Positions 42,437 through 54,929 of a stretch of 64,000 nt of DNA are shown piece after piece. The notes below the pieces were generated by a model, which saw only the letters and a list, made by a program, of their open reading frames with translations, searched no databases and was not told where the DNA came from. Every line of letters starts with the position of its first letter. Position 1 is the stretch's first letter. The position numbers and the translations under genes are program-made. Source of the stretch: Eledone cirrhosa (taxonomy: Eukaryota); the NCBI GenBank assembly GCA_964016885.1, contig OZ024745.1, positions 54,684,001 through 54,748,000 on the forward strand, read 5' to 3'.

Positions 42437-42730
42437 ATATATATATATGTGTGTGTGTATGTGTGTGTATGTGTATATGTATGTATATATATATATATGT
42501 ATATGTATGTATGTATATGTGTATATATATGTGTATGTATATATATATATATACCCATGTGGAGGTATGAGTACATATTCGTGTGTGTACGTATGTATAT
42601 GTGTGTTTTTATATGTGTCTCTATATGTTTTTGTGTATGTATGTGGATGTACTTGTGCATGGGTGTGTGATTGATGGTGTGTGCCTATATATTCCTACAT
42701 ATGCCCGTGTGTGTATGTACGTATATGCGC
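41205..42730. repeat. About 1.5 kb compound (TG)/(TA)/(TATG) microsatellite, interrupted by a pseudo-LTR end at 42273-42378
   Basis: Direct reading; 42278-42300 gaaacagttctagtcctgtagaa matches the 3' half of the 22654-22711 hammerhead. Confidence 0.9.
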
Positions 42731-43344
42731 ACATATGTGTGTATTGAACAAAGGACTAACTTTGGGATGGACGTAGAAAAATTCTTCAGGAAAAAAAGAA
42801 AAAAAATATTTATTCACAAACTTGACAGGTGCGATTTGCCTGTGACCATTCTCAACACAAAAGCAATACTAAAAGCTTTTTTCCCTGAATAAAGGAATTT
42901 TTCGAGAATGACCGGAGCAGGCCGCACTTGCTACATTTCTCCCCACCCAACCCTACTCACCGTCTCAACTCATTACTGCTATGAACACTTTTTCAATACA
43001 CCTACACCCATGCACTTATTAAAGGGGGAGAAAAGAAACCCCCACCACACCACAGACATGTTAAATCCCTATATATAGAACAACACACCACATACACATC
43101 AGTTTGACAAGCGCACCTCAGCGTAAAAGGTCTTTCTAAAAACGAAACAATACCTCCTACGTTAACCAAGAACTCCTAAGACCTAACCAACAACCAACAA
43201 CTTAATTTATAAAATAATTTTTTTTAAGAAAAATTCTTTATGGATTTTGTGAAGAAAATAAATTTGTTGAAAGCACAAGTGAAGCCATTTTTTCTTCCCC
43301 CCCTGTCTTAATATACCTAACTGTACCAAGGATTACACACATTT

Positions 43345-43413
<69 letters not shown>

Positions 43414-43415
<2 letters not shown>

Positions 43416-43610
43416 TATTAAAATAACAGATTAAAGCTTAAGAATTGCTGCTTTCCCTCTAAACGGGATCTTCTGAAGATCTTTCAGAAGATCCCGTTAA
43501 GGGTGAAAGCAGCGATTCTTTGCTTAAACTTTAATCTGTTATTTTGATAAATATTTGCTCTACGGCTTTTATATATTTGATATATATTTATCCTTATCGA
43601 GCCCTCTTTG
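43414..43610. mobile_element. Inverted PLE pseudo-LTR pair with hammerhead-like motif (CAGAAGA core variant)
   Basis: Palindrome 43414-43551; ttt CAGAAGA tcccgttaagggt GAAA gca..tgc TT aaa. Confidence 0.7.
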
Positions 43611-43779
43611 GATTTTAGTCTTCAAATTTATTATTATTACTATATATATATATATATAAATATATATATATACGTGTATGTAATGTATGTGCATATGCAA
43701 AATATATATATATATATATATATTTTGTTTCTGAATTTGTTTAGCAAGTTTCTTTATCTGAAAACATGTGTTGAAACCG

Positions 43780-44821
43780 ATATTGTTATACTTTGGGAGG
43801 GTCATGTTGCCAATAAGAAACACACGCACCAATTGGTTTCACTTCAATTTATTATAAATTAAATGAAATTTATAAATTTAAGAATTTATAAATTTCCGGT
43901 TGGTTGGTTCCACAACCAGACGATTGTTCGTATATTGTCAAACTTCTTTCGTCACACATACTGTGACCTGTTCAGTGTTGGGGATTCTTTTCTTTGTTTT
44001 TGTGCCTCTCCTTTGTTCTGTCCTACGCCATCTTGTTTTTATGTGTGTTGTGTGCTTAGTTTGCGCATGTGTTATATCCGGGTGTTTGTGTGTGTTTATA
44101 TTTGTTTATTTCTTTGTTTATTTACATGTTACTGGTTGGTTGTTTGTTCTATGTGTGTGTGTGTTTTCATTTTGTCCTTAATTGTAAGTTGTGATGTTGA
44201 ACAAGCGTCTTCCAGTGTGTAGATTCTATTTTTATTTCTCTGTTCTCTAATTTACCCTTATGTTCTATTTTAACAAATTGGTGGAGTACAGATGATTCTT
44301 TACTATCTTGTAAATGTTTAGACAAATGTTTAGACAAATCACAGAGGCAATAAACATAAATGAACTCCAACCAAATTAAATAGAAAACATGAATGGAATA
44401 GCAACATCGCAACTTACAATTAAGTACAAAATAAAAACACACACACACATAGAACAAACAACCAACCAGTAACATGTAAATAAACAAATAAATAAACAAA
44501 TATAAACACACACAAACACCCGGATGTAACACATAGGAAAACTAAGCACACAACACACACAACAACAAGATGGCGTAGGACAAAACAAAGGAGAAGCACA
44601 AAAACAAAGAAAAGAATCCCCAGTCACTGAAGAGGTTACAGAATGTGTGACGAAAGAACTTTGACAATATACGAACAATCGTGTGGTTGTGGAACCAACC
44701 CACCAACCGGACATTTATAAATTCTTAAATTTATGAATTTAATTTAATTTATAATGTATTGAAGTGAAACATCGGGTGCGTGTGTTTCTTATTGGCAAGA
44801 TGACCCTTCCAAAGCATAACA

Positions 44822-44823
<2 letters not shown>
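43780..44823. mobile_element. PLE with ~420-bp inverted pseudo-LTRs around rearranged GIY-YIG C-terminal pieces
   Basis: Arms about 43780-44199 and 44401-44823; centre encodes SVLHQFVKIEHKGKL (minus) and FRQITEAININ...LNRKHEWN (plus). Confidence 0.85.
44623..44665 (+). ncRNA. Minimal hammerhead motif (twin at about 43937-43978 minus; relative at 45230-45270 minus)
   Basis: gtca CTGAAGA g gttaca gaatg tgtgac GAAA gaac TT tgac; very short stem III. Confidence 0.7.
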
Positions 44824-44852
<29 letters not shown>

Positions 44853-44865
44853 TATGTACATATAC

Positions 44866-44951
<86 letters not shown>

Positions 44952-44958
44952 ATATATA

Positions 44959-45028
<70 letters not shown>

Positions 45029-45035
<7 letters not shown>

Positions 45036-45890
45036 ATTCTTGGGGAGGGTCATATTTGTGTAATATTGCCAGAATTAATAACAGAACACACTCACTTTTT
45101 CGTTGGTTTTCGCTTCTGTGTCTTTTATATCGGTAATCTAATTTATTCGGTCCTCAATGTTGCCATTGACTGACCGACGGTCAAAAATAATACAGATACA
45201 ATATAGACACAAACACATATATATAGTTTATCAAAGTTCTTTCGTTGCACATCTGCAACACGTCAGTGGTGCTATTGTTTCCTCCCGTTACATTGTATGT
45301 CTACGCCATTTTTATTTAGTCTGTCTATATATTTATTTATTTATTTGTTTGTTTGTTTATTTTATTTTGTCTTCTTTGCGCATGCGTTTGCGTGTGTGTA
45401 TAGTGTTTTGTTTGATGTGTGTTCGTGATTGTATTCTATGTATTCTATGTTTACTAGTGTGTGTTTATATGTGTTTGTTGTTATTGTGCTTGTGTATGTA
45501 TTTATTTATTTATTTATCTATTTATTTATTTATTTATTTATACTTCTCTTAGGTCAGTGTTGTTTGTTTGGGTGTTGTTGTTATTCCATTCATTATTTCT
45601 GTTTAGTCTTGGCCTTCTAAGTTCTATTTCACTGGCCTCTCTGATTTGCCTATCTGCTGGGACATTTCTATGTTTAGATATTATTCTAATTTCTATGTTG
45701 TCTATGTTACCGTCGTGTTGTTGTCTAGCATGTTCGTATAGTACTGACCCGTTTTTTCGTCCTTTTAGTTCCCCCCAGTGTTGGTCTATCCTTTCACCTA
45801 TGCTACGAGGTGTCTCGCCTATGTATGTTGTACCATCTGTACATCCTATACTATAGACTACGTTTCTAGTTTTACAGTTTATCCGTAAAT
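45029..45890 (-). mobile_element. PLE 3' end: GIY-YIG endonuclease (about 45538-45890) plus pseudo-LTR
   Basis: NCKTRNVVYSIGC...YIGETPRSIGERIDQH...LYEH...RQIREASEI...LNRNNEW; terminus similar to that at 43780; flanked by (TA)n. Confidence 0.9.
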
Positions 45891-45912
45891 ATATATGTGT
45901 GTGTGTATGTGT

Positions 45913-45981
<69 letters not shown>

Positions 45982-47114
45982 TACTATAAACATATAATAG
46001 AAGTCAACCGGTTAGAATTTATTTCATTTATTCATAATCGCTGCGCGTATGCGTTGCGGACTTAAATAAAAACTTAAAGAAAATTTAAAGATTATATATT
46101 AACAAAATTTGATGTTTTCTTAAACAATGGCCGGTCTAGTTCTTGTGGCGCGACTGTTACAATTGAATATTACAAATGGGCTAATAAAAGTTATAATGAA
46201 TTGTCTAGGTTGAATTTTTTTAGCGTCATTAGGAATATATTTCAAATTACCGACACAAATTACTAAGGTTCAAACTGTACTTTTATTTTGCCGTTAATCT
46301 ACCTATTTGCTATATATACCATATTATTTTCTTTTCACTTGCAAATCTTTTAACTATTTCTCTTAGGATTTTAGTGAGAGGCGTAAGATTTATTGGCTGA
46401 GGGTGAAGTGATATTATCTTTCTTAGGACTACATATTTTCCCAAATATACCTTAAAAAACAATATATAAGTTGTATATTATATTAATTAATGTTTTTCTC
46501 CTTGAGTGTATCACTTCACAGTAAAATTTGCTATGATTTTCACTGTCTAGAAATATTGCAATATATAATTCTGTTTAGTTGTTAGATGGGGAACATTATT
46601 ACACAGTGAGATGTTATTATGGTCATCATATTTCTATACGGGTATGTTGTACTTTTTAACTTTATATTCGATATGTGTATATACATATATATGTGTGTGC
46701 GTGCACGCGCGCGTGTGTGTGTGCGTGTTTATATATGTATATATATATATATACACGCTTATGTCTTTATGTTTCCATTTGTAAAAGAGTGTGAACACTT
46801 GTATAGCTATATATATAGAGAGAGGTTACAAACCATGGCGCCAATACGGAATTCAAAATGGCTTGATGGTATAGTAGTGACACTGCCTCTGACCAATTGC
46901 TAGCGGTCTTCTATATCCCTTGTACTGATGCTGGGAGGCTATTTATACTAAGTCATACGCTTTGAGGAAGCCACACCAAATATCAGCCTGGGACATATCA
47001 ATAAATTGATACGACTGGAGTAATTTTTATTTCTTCTTCATGTTTTTCCGTTTTTATCTGTTCCACTTCTAGTGGTCTAATGAGGTTATAACTGATGAAA
47101 AACAGTTAAGACAC

Positions 47115-47263
<149 letters not shown>

Positions 47264-47339
47264 GATAAATATGTGTGTGTGAGTGCGCATGCGTGTGTGT
47301 GTGTGTGTATGTACATCTGTGTGTACATCTGTGTACATC

Positions 47340-47545
47340 TCGATGTTGATCCAGCTTCTGAAGATGGGCCTAAAGCCGACTGCCTTCAGAACAGCGTACA
47401 ATTATCGATGGTCGACCCTATCGAAAGCTTTTGATTGATTCAAATTGATCAGAGCTCCATCAAAGCCAGGTTTACTATCTGCTCTCTCTACGATATATTC
47501 GATAAATGATGGGTTGTCATTTATGGGCTTGGTCACGATTGCACC
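47340..47545 (-). mobile_element. Isolated RT fragment of the Tx1-like LINE family
   Basis: PGFDGALINLNQSKAFDRVDHR..AVLKAVGFRPIFRSWI, homologous to about 53070-53230. Confidence 0.85.
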
Positions 47546-47689
47546 AACCAGGCACTCGAAGACAAGAGGCTACATAGTTGATAGCACACTTGCTAAAATA
47601 TAAACCTGTGATTAGCAGCGTTATTTGAGACCCTTTTTTATAGACACCGTAAGGATGAAATGCAAACTTAACCTCGGCGTAAATTGTAA

Positions 47690-50600
47690 CACCTTAAATC
47701 CCAGGGTCGGGGCAGAATCACTGACAGCAGAACAAATTAAAGAAAGGATCGAAAAAATGGTAGGCGTGCATGCACAATGTGAAACTCAAAGTGAAAACAA
47801 TGAGATCATCAATGATAACGAAATGAAGAATGAAATTATGATCGAATGGATGAAAATGTAAGAATCTGACATGGGGGAACGAGACACTCTCCCTAAGATC
47901 CAGAACTCCAAACAAAACGTAAGACTAACATAGGTCTCAAATACATTATCATCACAAATAAACTAAACATTAGTGATCTAAATCATCTCTATTATGCATC
48001 GGCTAAAGTCATCACTCACTTATGTGGAGTGAAAATGAAAATAACAAAGGAATGCCCACAAAAAACCTACTTGGCAAGAGAACATCAATCGCCAAATAAA
48101 CCTTCTCCGATCTGACATAGACATTTTAGCAAACTACAAATTAGGTAAACATGTAAAACAGACTAAACCCAGAAAATTTAAAAGAAAATATTAACAAGCG
48201 ACATAGACATGATGATAGAAACAATCAAGAAAAAGTGTCGGCCAAAGCTGCTCGTATAAGGCGCTTTGAAAACGATCTAGATTCTATAAGGACAATAATA
48301 TGTTCAAAAACAACCCAAACAACTTCTACAGGAAAATTGGCAAGTCAATAATAACTACTAAACAAAATACGACCCAAGGAAAAAGTGCAAGAATTCTGGG
48401 AAAGGATCTGGACCGAAGAAAAAGTTCATAATATGGATAGACAGACAAATGAACGATACAGCTCACCTTGAGGAACAAACATGGGAAAATATAACAGTTG
48501 ACCATCTGCGTTTAGCTCTTAGAAAATCCCACGAATGGAGGGAAAGACAACATACCAAATATTTGGATAAATGCCTTCACAGCGTCTCATGAGCTGTTAG
48601 CCCAACTTTACAATGAAATGGTTAAGGAGCCAGAAAAGATACCATCATGGCTAGTTAACGGCATTACATTCCTACTTCCGAAGAATGATGAGACAAATAA
48701 TCCAAAATATTACAGACCGATAACTTGCTTTACCACCATGTATAACATTTTAATATCAGTCCTAATTGAATATACATATGATCATCTGATAACAAATTAT
48801 CTAGTTGCCAATGGGCAGAAAGGTTGTAAACGAGGCTCACATGGCTGTAAGGATCAGCCTTTGATTAACCAAATGATACTGGAAGATTGTCATCATAGAC
48901 ACAAAAATCTATCAATTGCTTGGATAGATTACAAAAAGCATTCGATAGTTTGCCACACAGTTGCATTGAAAAGTGTTTAAAGATTTTCAAAATAACCCCC
49001 GTTGTCAGGATGTTCCTGTCATTTAGTATGAAAACATAGAAACCAACACTGCTTTTGAATAGTGAAAAAAATCACTGGATGCTGGATAAGTTAACATTAA
49101 TTGTGGAATTTTTCAGGGTGACTCTTTATCACTGCTTTTATTCTGCATCGCACTCATACCATTAAGTTAAATGCTCAATGAAACAAAATATGGATATAAA
49201 GTCTATCACAAAACCATTATTCACTTGTTCTACATGGATGACCTGAAACTATTTGCAAAAAATGATGAGCAACTGCAAGGTTTAATACCAACTGTGAAGC
49301 AGTTCAGTGATGATATTAAAATAGAATTTGGACTAGATAAATGCGCCAAAGCCGCGATCACCAAAGGAAAGCTGCTGAAAAGTTCAGACATTAATCTTGA
49401 TCGAGGGTATGTGATAAGAGAACTTGATCAAGAGGAAACTCACAAATATCTAGGTGTTTGGGAAGGAGACGGATCAAGCACTCGAGAGGGAAATGATAAG
49501 GAAGGAATGTTACCGCAGAGTAAGAGCAAACTTAAGAATGGAGTTGAATGCAAGGAATAGGATCGATGCCATAAACACGCTTGCCATACCAGTAGTAACT
49601 TACAGCTTCAATGCCATCAACGAGTCAAGCACAGAGATCCGTAGGCTCGAATAAAAAATTAGAAAATTCTTAACCATGCTCAGAATGCATCACTCTAAGG
49701 CAGATAGAATATATCTCCCTAGGAAAGAAGGAGGACGTGGATTAATCCAGTTAGATATTGTTTTGAAAACTACAACAATTGGGTTATCTACATATCTAAG
49801 GGAAGCACATGATTGGATGATGAAACTGGTTTTGAAACATCAAAGCATCAAACGATCATACTCCATTACAAAATATGCACAAAGATACAGTAATGGACTA
49901 CAAATTTTAGAAGTTCCATTTACTGCTGAAATGGAAAACACAGAAAAAGCAAAGCAGGTAAAAGTAACTGCAAAGAAAGAACTGTTACAGAAACTGGCTA
50001 AGAAATGGCAAAAAAAGCCTCTGTATGGAAAATACCCAGAAAGAGCTAACAATCCTGATATTGACAACATTACACTCATCAGTGGTTGGCATCCTCTGGA
50101 CTGAAATCGGAGACTGAAGGACTGATTATATCAGCGCAAGATCAATGTCTGCCAACAAAAAATTATTAAGTCAACATCATAAAACATGGATGCAACCCAT
50201 TATGCTGTGTATTTAAAAAACAACCAGAGACCATTTATCATATAATTTCAATGTGCAATCCTATAGCTCCAACCGAATACCTAAACATGCTCGACAGAAC
50301 TGCACAATACATACATTGGGTAATGTGTAAGCATTTTGACCTGCTCCATCAAAAGAATTGGTGGGAGCATCAACCACCTCCCGTACTTGAAAAAGATCAC
50401 ATCTAAATCTTGTGGAACCTTAGCATCCAAAAAGACCGAAAAATAGATGCAAATATACCTGATATAATACTGAAGGACTTTAAAAAGAGAGTATGCCTGC
50501 AAATTGATATGTCCGTTCCAATAGACAAGAATGTATCTATAAAACATTTGAAAAATTAAGCAAGTATAAAGACCTGGAGATAGAGATTAGAAAAATGTGG

Positions 50601-50910
50601 AAGTTGTGAACTAAAACAATACCAATGGTTGTAGGTATCATTCTAGGAATACTACCTAAGGGGGCTAATGATTACTTATCCCAAATCCCAGGTAACCCGC
50701 GTATAGAAGGAATAAAAAAGATAGTACTAATGGGAACTGCCCATATACTAAAGAATTTTCTGTCAATATAAGTATATCACAAGTCTAGACACCTAAAGAT
50801 GCATTTGTGTGTATGTATGTTCTTTCTTGAACATGGCGGACCTTGTTGTCTCTTGAGGTCACTGGTTGTGACTTGGTGATAACTCGTATGAACATAAAGC
50901 AACTGTAATG
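47690..50910 (+). mobile_element. R4/Dong-clade non-LTR retrotransposon, decayed (RT plus restriction-like endonuclease)
   Basis: YRPITC, QKGCKRGSHGCKDQ, AWIDYKK, GIFQGDSLS, HLFYMDDLKLFAK, LKSETEGLIISAQDQ, PDII..D...IDMSVP, KYKDL; many stops and frameshifts; ends at (TAA)n. Confidence 0.92.
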
Positions 50911-50916
50911 ATAATA

Positions 50917-51210
50917 CTAATAATAATAATGGCACAAGGCCAATAATTTTTTGGGGAGGGGAAAGTCGATTAAATCGACCCCTGTACGTTACTGGTACTT
51001 TATTTTATCGACCCCGTAAGGATGAAAGGCAAAGTTAAACTTCTATCCTTACGGGGCCGATAAAATAATAATAATAATAATAATAATAATTGTTTCTACT
51101 TTTGGCACAAGGCCAGCAATTACTCAGTGTATTACTGGTACTTTATTTTATCGACCCCGTAAGGATGAAAGGCAAAGTTAACCTCGGCGGGATTTGAACT
51201 CAGAATGGAT
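50917..51210 (-). mobile_element. Cluster of SINE fragments (long-subfamily 3' part, short inverted piece, 5'-truncated copy at 51067-51204)
   Basis: Match to SINE consensus. Confidence 0.9.
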
Positions 51211-51504
51211 AATAATAATAATAATAATGATTTCATTTATTAGCCACAAGGGCCGACATGTAGGGGACAATACAAAGACAGGGACAGTGGGGGTTTACAA
51301 TAAGGTCGAGTAAAAGTGCACAATGGCAAGACTAATTTAACAATGAAAATATAAAATATAAAATAAACTATGCAAAATATAACAAAATAAATTCCCCGAT
51401 AGGGGGTGGACGACCCTGGGGTGATTCGGGTACCCCACCAATCCTGAACCACCCTGCGCTTCTAGGGCACCCAGGAGAGCACCCCTCTCCTCAAGTTAGC
51501 TAGC

Positions 51505-54500
51505 CTATAGGCGCATGGTCAGAGTAGGCCCATTCACACGAGCCATTCTCGCCACATTCACCCACCTTTTAGCAAATGTACTGGGGGGGCAGCACTTCTC
51601 TCTCCACCCTCACCCTCCTTTCCAGGTGAAACTTGAAGAAGTTGATGAGGGATTGGCCGAAGAGAAAAGTGTCTGTCTTTAGTCCTTTCAACCTGGTCCA
51701 CCATATAATCTCTTTCGCAACTGCCACCAGTCAGAGGAAAATGTCCTGCTCTTCCTGACCTAAGGAAGGTGGCAGCTCGATCTTCACTATGGACTCGGCC
51801 GATAACTGGATTCGTTCCACACGCGACAGTAGCTGTTCGACATAACTCCACAAGTCAGTAATGCACGGACATTGGACAAGTGCGTGCAGAACGGTTTCGT
51901 CGTTCTGTGCGCATCTTGGGCAGGTCCGTCTGACAGCACTTCTGTGCCTGTAGAGTTTATCCCGAACCGGCAGTGCCCCCCGGTAGCACTGCCAAGCGAG
52001 GGATTTCTGGAAATTGTCAATCGTCCCCGGCTCAAAAGTCCTCCGGTACAGACTGGTCAGTTCGACTTCGTCGAGGCCCAAAGCTTCTTCGAGTGCGTCA
52101 TCGCACTTGCCCACCACTAATCCTCTATAGAACCCGAGAGTGGAAGTTCCACTGATCGCATTGCCCGCTTGGTAGAGGGCAGTGAGTGCCTGGCAACATT
52201 CCAGGTGCCAGTCACCCAGTCTCGGTCTCTTCTTGACCCAGGACTGCAGCTCAGTCAAAGAAATGAGCTGCGGAAAGGCCCGTCTGATAAACGGCGACCA
52301 CACCTGTTCAGCATTGAGGCAGAATATCTGGAGATGTCGCAGCCTAAACGCATGTCTGCGCATCATTAGCCACGGCATGCCCAGCCCTCCGCGTAGAGGG
52401 TGCTGGCAGCAGATGGACCGCCTCACCAACGGAACATGTCCCCTCCACAAGAATTTGAAGAGGAGCCGTTCCAAATTGACGAGGCGCGGACGGGGGCAAG
52501 GCACGACGGTTAGGCGGTAATAGATGACGAACGCGATGTACGCATTCGCCACCTCCGCGCGACCTTTCAGTGATAGCTTCCTCCCAGCCCATTTTTGGGT
52601 GAGACTGGCTACTCTGCTCGTTACCTCGTCCCAATTCTTTTCCACCTGGAGGTCTGGTCCGAACCAAACCCCGAGCAACTTTACTGGTCCGTCCGTCCAG
52701 CGCCCCACGACGCTGTTGGACGGCATGGGCTTGCCTCTCCAGGTTCCGAGCTGCAAGCCCACCGACTTTTCCGGGTTAAGTTTGGCTCCTGTCAACCTTT
52801 CATATTCCTTCAATAAGGTGCCGACCACCTCGATTTCTGAGGTGTTCGACACCATCACGGTGATGTCGTCCGCATAAGCCGACACCGCCTTTCCACGCCC
52901 CGGTTCGAGCGGGATGCCCTGCAACAGCTCCAGCTTCAGCAGTAAAGGCTCGAGAGTCAATACGTACAGAAGGGAAGAGAGAGGGCACCCCTGACGGACC
53001 GATCGGGAGAGCCGAAATGGTTCCGAGAGGTGGCCATTAACCTTGACCACCGAGCGTGTGCCGCTGTACATTGCAACGATCCAGCTTCTAAAGACAGGGC
53101 CGAAGCCAGCTGCTTTGAGGACAAACTCCAGATACCGATGGTCGACCCTATCGAATGCTTTCGATTGATCTAAATTGATCAGTGCCCCACCGAAGCCAGG
53201 TTTACACCCTACCCTCTCTATGATGTATCGCATGAGGTGGAGATTGTCGTGTATGGACCTGGCTGGGATTGCGCAAGTTTGCGCCTCCCCAACCAAATCC
53301 TCGACGACAAACGCCAATCTCTTTGCTAACACCTTGGCCAAAATCTTAAACTCTGTGTTGAGCAGAGTTATGGGCCTGAAGTTGTCTAATGTATCCCTCT
53401 TGTTCTCGTCTTTCCTTATCAGCGTCACCACTCCCCTGCTCACAGAACTGGGAATACTCCCATTCTGCTGCCAGTTACAGTAGAGTGCTTCGAGGAGTTC
53501 GGAGAACAAGTCTGGCATATTTACGTAAAGCTCGTAGGGCAGGCCATCCAAGCCGGGTGACTTGCGCCTCATGCAGCCGACAAGGGCGTCTTGAATTTCG
53601 GCTGAAGTAATCGGCCTTTCGCAGCGCTCAGCGTCGACCGTCGAGATGCGCGGCAAGCCGTCAAGGTAGGGACTGAAATCCGCTACTCTCTCTGACTCGC
53701 CACTCTCCCCGAACAACCGAGCAAAGTGCTGGCGAAAGGCCTCACACATCCGCTTGGAATCGCTTATCTCGTGTCCGTCTCGGTCCGCCAAAGACCGAAT
53801 TGTGGTTTTATTACCACGCTGCGCCTCCGCCACGCGGGCCCATCGAACAGCTTTAGTTCCCTCGTTTCTCAGCGTACGCGCTTTAGCTCTGACAAAGCAA
53901 CATTCGTGTTTGGCATTGAAGAAATGGTCTAATGCCATTCTCGCCGCTAGCACGTCAGTTGCGATGCCTCTACAAATAGCCTCGTCTAACTTACCTACCA
54001 GCTCCCCCTCCTTTCTATTTTTCTCTAAGGCTAGTTCTTTGCTGAACTCTATCGAAGTTACTCTAATCTCTCTTTTGAGAGCCTCCACCATCTGTTGTTG
54101 ATGATGCCCCTGTCAACTTTTGCTTAACTAACTTATTGACTCGGTCCCTGTAAGCCTTACGTGCCGGAAATGACATGTTCAGCTTCCAGTAACCCGGTCC
54201 TAACCTACGCGTTTTATTTAGGTCGACCGTACAGATCACAAATTTGTGATCTGAATAGGCGACCGTTTTAAAAAGTGGACAGCCCACACTATTTCTATCT
54301 ATTTTCCTAATGAAGATTCTGTCTATATACGATCTAGATGACACCATTCGGTTGGTCCATGTCCATACTGGCACATTGGGGAAATCTAGTCGATACCTGT
54401 CAGACAGTTGGAACTGGCTGAGTAGGTGCTTGAGGCTTTTGCACCCCCCGCTCCTATCGGCTACTCCCACACAATCCCAGCGTGCGTCTAAGATGCCATT

Positions 54501-54926
54501 CCAGTCCCCCGCTAACAGTAAAGGGCGAGACGTACCCAGAAAGGTCTCCAGGCGCCTAAAGAAGTCAGGTCGTCCGGCCCCTGTAGGGGCGTAGGCGGCC
54601 AGCAGTCTAAAGGCACCACCTTCCCTACTGCTCACATCCAAGACCACCAACTTACCGTCCGGGTCCCGGAAGATCGACCTTACCTCGAGATCCAGTCCTT
54701 TCCTAAACAGCACTGCCACCCCACACCCCATTCCCGGCCTGCTAACAGATGCGAAGTTCTGATAGTCGTCGAAAATGGGGGCTAGTGCACGCGTGTCGGA
54801 AATTCTGGTCTCGCTTACGGCAATCACATCCATTTCCAGCGACCGGAGGTCGTTGAGCAGGCGACCCTGCTTCCAGGGTGACCCCAGGCCGCGAACATTT
54901 AAACTTCCTACTCTTAATATGGCCAT
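51505..54926 (-). pseudogene. LINE ORF2 (AP endonuclease, reverse transcriptase, zf-RVT-type finger), disrupted
   Basis: SLNVRGL, SET, LAGDWN, IDRI, SDH, YWKLN; KSPGLDG, FRPITLLN, DQSKAFDRVDH, RQGCPLS, AYADD; CPRC...H....C; frameshift near 54100 and stop at 51731. Confidence 0.95.
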
Positions 54927-54929
54927 ATT

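Noticed and set aside
39945-42674. Many long ORFs rich in Y/I/H/T/C/V/M
   Set aside because: Translations of TA/TG/CA microsatellites; no coding complexity
47070-47112. Hammerhead-like CTAATGA...GAAA
   Set aside because: Core and stems too degenerate to call
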